Virus record (IMG/VR): IMGVR_UViG_3300003410_000004
Length of the DNA stretch: 20,000 nt
From: an uncultured virus (IMG/VR IMGVR_UViG_3300003410_000004)
Lineage: Duplodnaviria; Heunggongvirae; Uroviricota; Caudoviricetes
Direction: 5' to 3' (one strand)
Under the pieces are notes generated by a model that worked only from the letters and a program-made list of their open reading frames with translations, did not search any database and was not told the DNA's origin. Within the stretch, counting starts at the first letter, position 1, and each line of letters begins with the position of its first letter. Shown piece by piece: positions 16,126 through 20,000 of this stretch. A program made the translations under genes and the position numbers.

Positions 16126-16526
16126 CAGAGAACACGCCACTAGAAGAACAGTTGGATGAATCAACTCAACAGCGATATAAGAACTCTGCTATGTCCAAAG
16201 CAGGTAAACTTGCGATGGAACTTGCACAAGAGCGTAAGCGTCTACGTCAAGAACTAGAAGAACTCCAAGCAGAAGCGGATGATCTGCGTCCTACTACGCC
16301 TACTGGTACAGTCGATTGGTACGTTAAGTGGGCGGCAATGTTCCTAACAGTGTTTGGGGTGTTCTTCATGTCTGCTAACCAGATTATGTTTGGTCAGATT
16401 GCATACATCATCAGTTCAGTTGGTTGGGTGTTTGTTGGTATGCAGTGGTCAGACAGAGCGATTATGATTGGTAGTGCGATTACAGGTACTGCAGTTGCTA
16501 TGAATTTGATGGGTAGTTTGGTATGA
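16122..16526 (+). CDS. Coiled coil fused to a DUF6552-like three-helix membrane domain
   Basis: QERKRLRQELEELQ coil, then DWYVKW, GWVFVGMQWSDRAIM TM segments. Confidence 0.65.
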   Translation: MTENTPLEEQLDESTQQRYKNSAMSKAGKLAMELAQERKRLRQELEELQAEADDLRPTTPTGTVDWYVKWAAMFLTVFGVFFMSANQIMFGQIAYIISSVGWVFVGMQWSDRAIMIGSAITGTAVAMNLMGSLV

Positions 16527-16708
16527 ACGTAGAAGTTCCTAACTCTAAGATACCCACAAAGGTTTTGATTGATGAATTATATGATCGTGTAGATGATCAG
16601 TTGTACGCACCAGAAAAGCGAGCAGACGACTATATGGAATGTCTCAGCAATGGACAGAAAGAACTCCTACATGATTTACTAGAAGCGATAAGGAAGAGAT
16701 GCGGATGA
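16523..16708 (+). CDS. Hypothetical protein
   Basis: ATGA overlap; 61 aa. Confidence 0.6.
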   Translation: MNVEVPNSKIPTKVLIDELYDRVDDQLYAPEKRADDYMECLSNGQKELLHDLLEAIRKRCG

Positions 16709-16887
16709 AATGTATAAATTTAATTATTGCCATACTTGTGTCACTGAATGTGATAGGATATGCAAGTTATTTAAGAATCACTGAAGGTAGTGCAGGTTTT
16801 CTGTCTACTCTTGGAGCAATCGTTGCTATGTTCATTATCGGTGTTTCTGTGACTGAATTTGGTAGAATGACTAGGAGATCAAGATGA
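16699..16887 (+). CDS. Small two-TM membrane protein
   Basis: INLIIAILVSLNVIGY and FLSTLGAIVAMFIIGVSV; basic tail. Confidence 0.6.
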   Translation: MRMKCINLIIAILVSLNVIGYASYLRITEGSAGFLSTLGAIVAMFIIGVSVTEFGRMTRRSR

Positions 16888-17261
16888 GTAAATTTGTAAT
16901 GGTTGATACCATATCAATGTTCCGTATGCGGTATGTGGTAGAAGTTCCAGATGATGTGGGTGAAGAGATGTACTTNAAAGATGGCACACGATCATTCCCC
17001 TGCACACCAGAAGAGTATGCGAAAGATACCGTAACATGTGGAGATGTGCGTGAGTTCTCACAGGAACATCTCGATGAGGTGATTTCATCTTGTCGTGAGG
17101 TGACCAAGGAAGAAGCAGTCGCACAATGGCGTCAGGATAATAGTTCATTTAGTTCTTGGAGTGATGATTTTATCACAAAATCAGCGATTACTGAGGTTGA
17201 TTTCAGTATAAATGAATATTATGAAGAAGAAGAGCGCAGATGGCACCAAAGCGGTGAATAA
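16884..17261 (+). CDS. Hypothetical phage protein
   Basis: AGGAG RBS; VMVDTISMFRMRYVVEV, EFSQEHLDEVI. Confidence 0.75.
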   Translation: MSKFVMVDTISMFRMRYVVEVPDDVGEEMYXKDGTRSFPCTPEEYAKDTVTCGDVREFSQEHLDEVISSCREVTKEEAVAQWRQDNSSFSSWSDDFITKSAITEVDFSINEYYEEEERRWHQSGE

Positions 17262-17263
17262 AA

Positions 17264-17644
17264 ATGATAACCTATAGCACCAACATGATGGGTCCAGTAT
17301 CAATGGATTGGTATAGTAAACGAGGACTGACTAAAAAAGTTAGAGAAGTTCTCAAAGAAGGTCAAACGATTTATCCCAAAGGTCTTGGTGCAGGTGATGT
17401 ATGGGAATACGAGGAAGTCACCACATACTATGCAGGTGGGCGAATTGATATTCGNGGTGTNCCNGGCGACGATTATTGGAATGGTTGGCACGAGTATAGT
17501 GTAGCACCCATGCATGGTGAAGATTGGAATGCACTGGGGGATTATCTTTGGGACTTGACAACCGAAGAACTCTTACCGTATGATACACTCATAGAACAGT
17601 TTGAAACACATTACGGTAAACGGATAAGGTGGGCAGATGAGTGA
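17264..17644 (+). CDS. Hypothetical phage protein
   Basis: 126 aa; all three Ns fall at third codon positions. Confidence 0.75.
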   Translation: MITYSTNMMGPVSMDWYSKRGLTKKVREVLKEGQTIYPKGLGAGDVWEYEEVTTYYAGGRIDIXGXXGDDYWNGWHEYSVAPMHGEDWNALGDYLWDLTTEELLPYDTLIEQFETHYGKRIRWADE

Positions 17645-18233
17645 GAAATTAACAGAGAAAGAGATTGAAGAACTCCGTGTCAAGAAACAAGCAATCAAAG
17701 AAGAACTCTATGATGCTGTGAAAATGGAGATGTTCAAAGCAAGTTCTGAACTGGAAGGTATTGATATGGATGAAAAACAAGAAAAAGCATTAGACGGTCT
17801 TGCCAAGTTATCGCAACAAATGGAAGAGAGACGTATTCAACACGAGGAAGAAAATGATGCGTGGTGGGATGGTCTAACTGAGAAAGAACGAGAAGATGCG
17901 TTCTATGCCGTATGTAAGCGTATTCACCAAGCAGAGTTAATGGATCACGGCACTTATCGTCATGCTCTATATGATGTGTTTGGTTTTGATGGTGGTATGT
18001 ATATGCATGGTATGAACTGCGGTTTCATGGCAATTCATAATGCTATCGGTGATGGTGAAGAATATCAAGCAATGCGTGGCGTAAATCGTCTTGAGGTGAT
18101 TGATGAAAATGGTCGTGCATTGGTAAAATACCTTAAAAAATATGAAAAATTGCGGTATGAATTACAAGACGATAACCGAACACTAAAGATATTTGTAAAT
18201 AAAATTAATAGTGTTTTTACGGAGAACCTATGA
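17637..18233 (+). CDS. Hypothetical multi-module protein
   Basis: N-terminal coil, central YRHALYDVFGF module, C-terminal VNRLEVID...LQDDNRTLKIFV module. Confidence 0.75.
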   Translation: MSEKLTEKEIEELRVKKQAIKEELYDAVKMEMFKASSELEGIDMDEKQEKALDGLAKLSQQMEERRIQHEEENDAWWDGLTEKEREDAFYAVCKRIHQAELMDHGTYRHALYDVFGFDGGMYMHGMNCGFMAIHNAIGDGEEYQAMRGVNRLEVIDENGRALVKYLKKYEKLRYELQDDNRTLKIFVNKINSVFTENL

Positions 18234-18430
18234 CTAATTTTAGTGAATTGTTTGATGAGTTTCTTGACAACCATGCAGAAAAACTTGTTGTAGAGGAACT
18301 GAAAACCTACTACAAACTGACAGATGTAAATGATGAATCTGGTATCCGATGGGCGATTGACCGTGTGTTAAAAGACTACATGACAACCCAAGACTATGTT
18401 GAGTGGCGAAGGGAGAATGGTAAAGTATGA
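18230..18430 (+). CDS. Hypothetical protein
   Basis: GGAG RBS, ATGA overlaps. Confidence 0.7.
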   Translation: MTNFSELFDEFLDNHAEKLVVEELKTYYKLTDVNDESGIRWAIDRVLKDYMTTQDYVEWRRENGKV

Positions 18431-18756
18431 TTGATGAAACAATGCAGATACCTGCAGAACAAGGTATCACACCAGACTCATGGGTGATTATCGAAGTCAA
18501 CCATGAGGGTAAACAGTTTCAGAAGATCATCTCTGGTTGGTCTGGTGGATACCTTGATGGTGATGCGTGGCGACTATCGAGTCCCATCAAGAGAATGAAA
18601 ATTAGTTTAGATAAAGACTACTTTACGGTTGACACAGAGTCAGGTTCGTTCTATACTTTATATAAAGATCGTCAAGGGTTGCGAATGAGTAACGCAGGAA
18701 TTTACAACCAACTTAAAGAACAATTTGGTGATGCTATAGAGATCATTACATTATGA
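18427..18756 (+). CDS. Conserved hypothetical phage protein
   Basis: PDSWVII...GWSGGYLDGDAWRLSS...TESGSFY motif. Confidence 0.75.
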   Translation: MIDETMQIPAEQGITPDSWVIIEVNHEGKQFQKIISGWSGGYLDGDAWRLSSPIKRMKISLDKDYFTVDTESGSFYTLYKDRQGLRMSNAGIYNQLKEQFGDAIEIITL

Positions 18757-19172
18757 ACATTAAACACGCGCCTATATTCAACACAGAAGAAGTATGTAAA
18801 CGCTATTCAGAGAAAGATGGTATAGAAGTAACCTATGTTTGTACAACTGACCTTGTTGCTTCTGATGTGCCTGTAGACGTATTCTTTCGTGAGACTCCAC
18901 ATCCTCAATTTGGTAACCGCTACTTTGGTTTGTACTACGATCATATTCGTGACCATGTGATGATTACCAATGCTGATATGGTGGAAGAACTGCAATTTGG
19001 TATGATCAATGATAAGGATGACCAATGGTGGTACTCAGCGAGTCATCATGATTGCATCTTTGTTGATGAAGGTAATAAGATGATTGACGGTGGAAGAGTA
19101 TACATTCGTAGTAGTGGTGGTGCTACCGTGTTTAGAGTGAAAGATGGACAGTTTGTCAAAGAGGCAGAATGA
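18753..19172 (+). CDS. Hypothetical phage protein
   Basis: PHPQFGNRYFGL, YSASHHD, IDGGRVYIR. Confidence 0.75.
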   Translation: MNIKHAPIFNTEEVCKRYSEKDGIEVTYVCTTDLVASDVPVDVFFRETPHPQFGNRYFGLYYDHIRDHVMITNADMVEELQFGMINDKDDQWWYSASHHDCIFVDEGNKMIDGGRVYIRSSGGATVFRVKDGQFVKEAE

Positions 19173-19396
19173 TGTTAGAAGTACTATTGGTGTTCGCAAT
19201 GAACGGTGGGTTGGCAAATGTCTCAGATAGGGTATTTACTTCCTATGGAGAATGTGCTATCTTTGTTAATGAGTTAGTGAAAAAAGATGTCGTCAACAGC
19301 GACTACGGTTTCATGTTCTATTCTGATGACGGTGACANGTTCGTAGGACAATGCATCGAGAAATCAGAATGGGAACGTTATATAAGTCCGAAATGA
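19169..19396 (+). CDS. Small protein with hydrophobic N-terminus (possibly exported)
   Basis: GAGG RBS; MMLEVLLVFAM; two Cys. Confidence 0.6.
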   Translation: MMLEVLLVFAMNGGLANVSDRVFTSYGECAIFVNELVKKDVVNSDYGFMFYSDDGDXFVGQCIEKSEWERYISPK

Positions 19397-19405
19397 GGTA
19401 ATATC

Positions 19406-19615
19406 ATGTGTGGTGGAGTATATGAAGAAGATTTTAAATATCTTAAAAGCAATGCTCCAAGGAAGGACAACGAAGTTTCCAAGAAGGAAGAACAAATGCG
19501 TATGGAATCTAGAAACCGAAGGGTGATGGGTGACATCAAGTTCATGACTGCAGGAGACTTTATGTCTGAACAAGATGATCCTTATGTCACGTTAGGGAGT
19601 GATCCACAAGAATGA
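19406..19615 (+). CDS. Hypothetical protein
   Basis: GAGGT RBS; 69 aa. Confidence 0.6.
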   Translation: MCGGVYEEDFKYLKSNAPRKDNEVSKKEEQMRMESRNRRVMGDIKFMTAGDFMSEQDDPYVTLGSDPQE

Positions 19616-19875
19616 ATAGAAGAGAAGAACTGCTAACTATCCTCGCAGAAGAATGCGCAGAAGTCATTGTAGAGTGTAGCAAGATCAAACGATTCGGTGA
19701 GTCATCCGTCTATGAGGGAGAAACTGCTATGGATCGTCTGGAGAAAGAACTTGGTGATCTGTACTGCATGATCGACTTGCTACATGGAGAAGACATGATC
19801 TCATACACCAAGTTGGATGAGTACGCAAACAAGAAACACGAAAAACTTAGACAATGGAGTAACCTATTCTCATGA
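19612..19875 (+). CDS. Second, short MazG-like NTP pyrophosphohydrolase
   Basis: ILAEECAEVI..CSK..RFG and LEKELGDL (ExxE...ExxD). Confidence 0.8.
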   Translation: MNRREELLTILAEECAEVIVECSKIKRFGESSVYEGETAMDRLEKELGDLYCMIDLLHGEDMISYTKLDEYANKKHEKLRQWSNLFS

Positions 19876-20000
19876 TTACATTAAAGCAAACCACACCTGA
19901 TGATTGCTATGAGTATACAGCAGTTCGCGAAGTCACTATGACTCTCACATCAGAAGCGTCTCTCACTGAGATGCTAGACGCATTTGGACAATTCCTGAGA
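19872..20000 (+). CDS. Partial (3'-truncated) hypothetical protein
   Basis: MITLKQTTPDDCYEYTAVREVTMTLTSEASLTEMLDAFGQFLR..., open to the window end; ATGA overlap. Confidence 0.65.
   Translation, partial: MITLKQTTPDDCYEYTAVREVTMTLTSEASLTEMLDAFGQFLR

Noticed and set aside
348..19573. All minus-strand ORFs and alternative-frame plus-strand ORFs in the track (e.g. 5692-6132, 334-564, 2958-3140)
   Set aside because: They shadow well-supported + strand genes that tile the window with coupled starts and stops, and show no recognisable motifs.
1..20000. T4 late promoters (TATAAATA), tRNAs, CRISPR arrays
   Set aside because: Only imperfect late-promoter matches inside ORFs (near 16713 and 17207); no cloverleaf or repeat-spacer structure, and little intergenic space.
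1..20000. Stop-codon reassignment
   Set aside because: Core genes are full length under the standard code and TAA, TGA and TAG all end genes.

Overview
This window is a gene-dense, co-directional (+ strand) segment of a large T4-like dsDNA phage genome, probably an environmental or metagenomic consensus given its five isolated N bases. The left part is a replication and nucleotide-metabolism block: gp61-type primase, two 2OG-Fe(II) oxygenase-fold genes (one intact, one lacking its metal ligands), class Ia nrdA/nrdB, a small zinc-ribbon gene missed by the ORF track, MazG-like, RuvC-like and a coiled-coil membrane protein. Next come small acidic early-type ORFs behind near-consensus sigma70 promoters, then glutaredoxin, a WYL_2/DUF2693-like gene, T4-type RNase H, a DUF6433-like gene and an AbrB-like gene. 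The right part is a long accessory region with a degenerate HAD/phosphomannomutase-like gene, several small membrane proteins and a second MazG-like gene. I saw no tRNA, CRISPR, intron/intein, integrase or T4 late promoter (TATAAATA). The strongest non-gene signal is compositional: a by-eye scan found no RGCY (AGCT/AGCC/GGCT/GGCC), no GCWGC and only one CCGG in 20 kb, with Ala-Ala codon pairs skewed away from GCWGC. Other notable elements are a perfect 22-bp palindrome over the -10 box of the primase promoter, frame-independent direct repeats inside the primase gene, and a shared leader motif on the early promoters. All family assignments come from motif recognition, not database searches.
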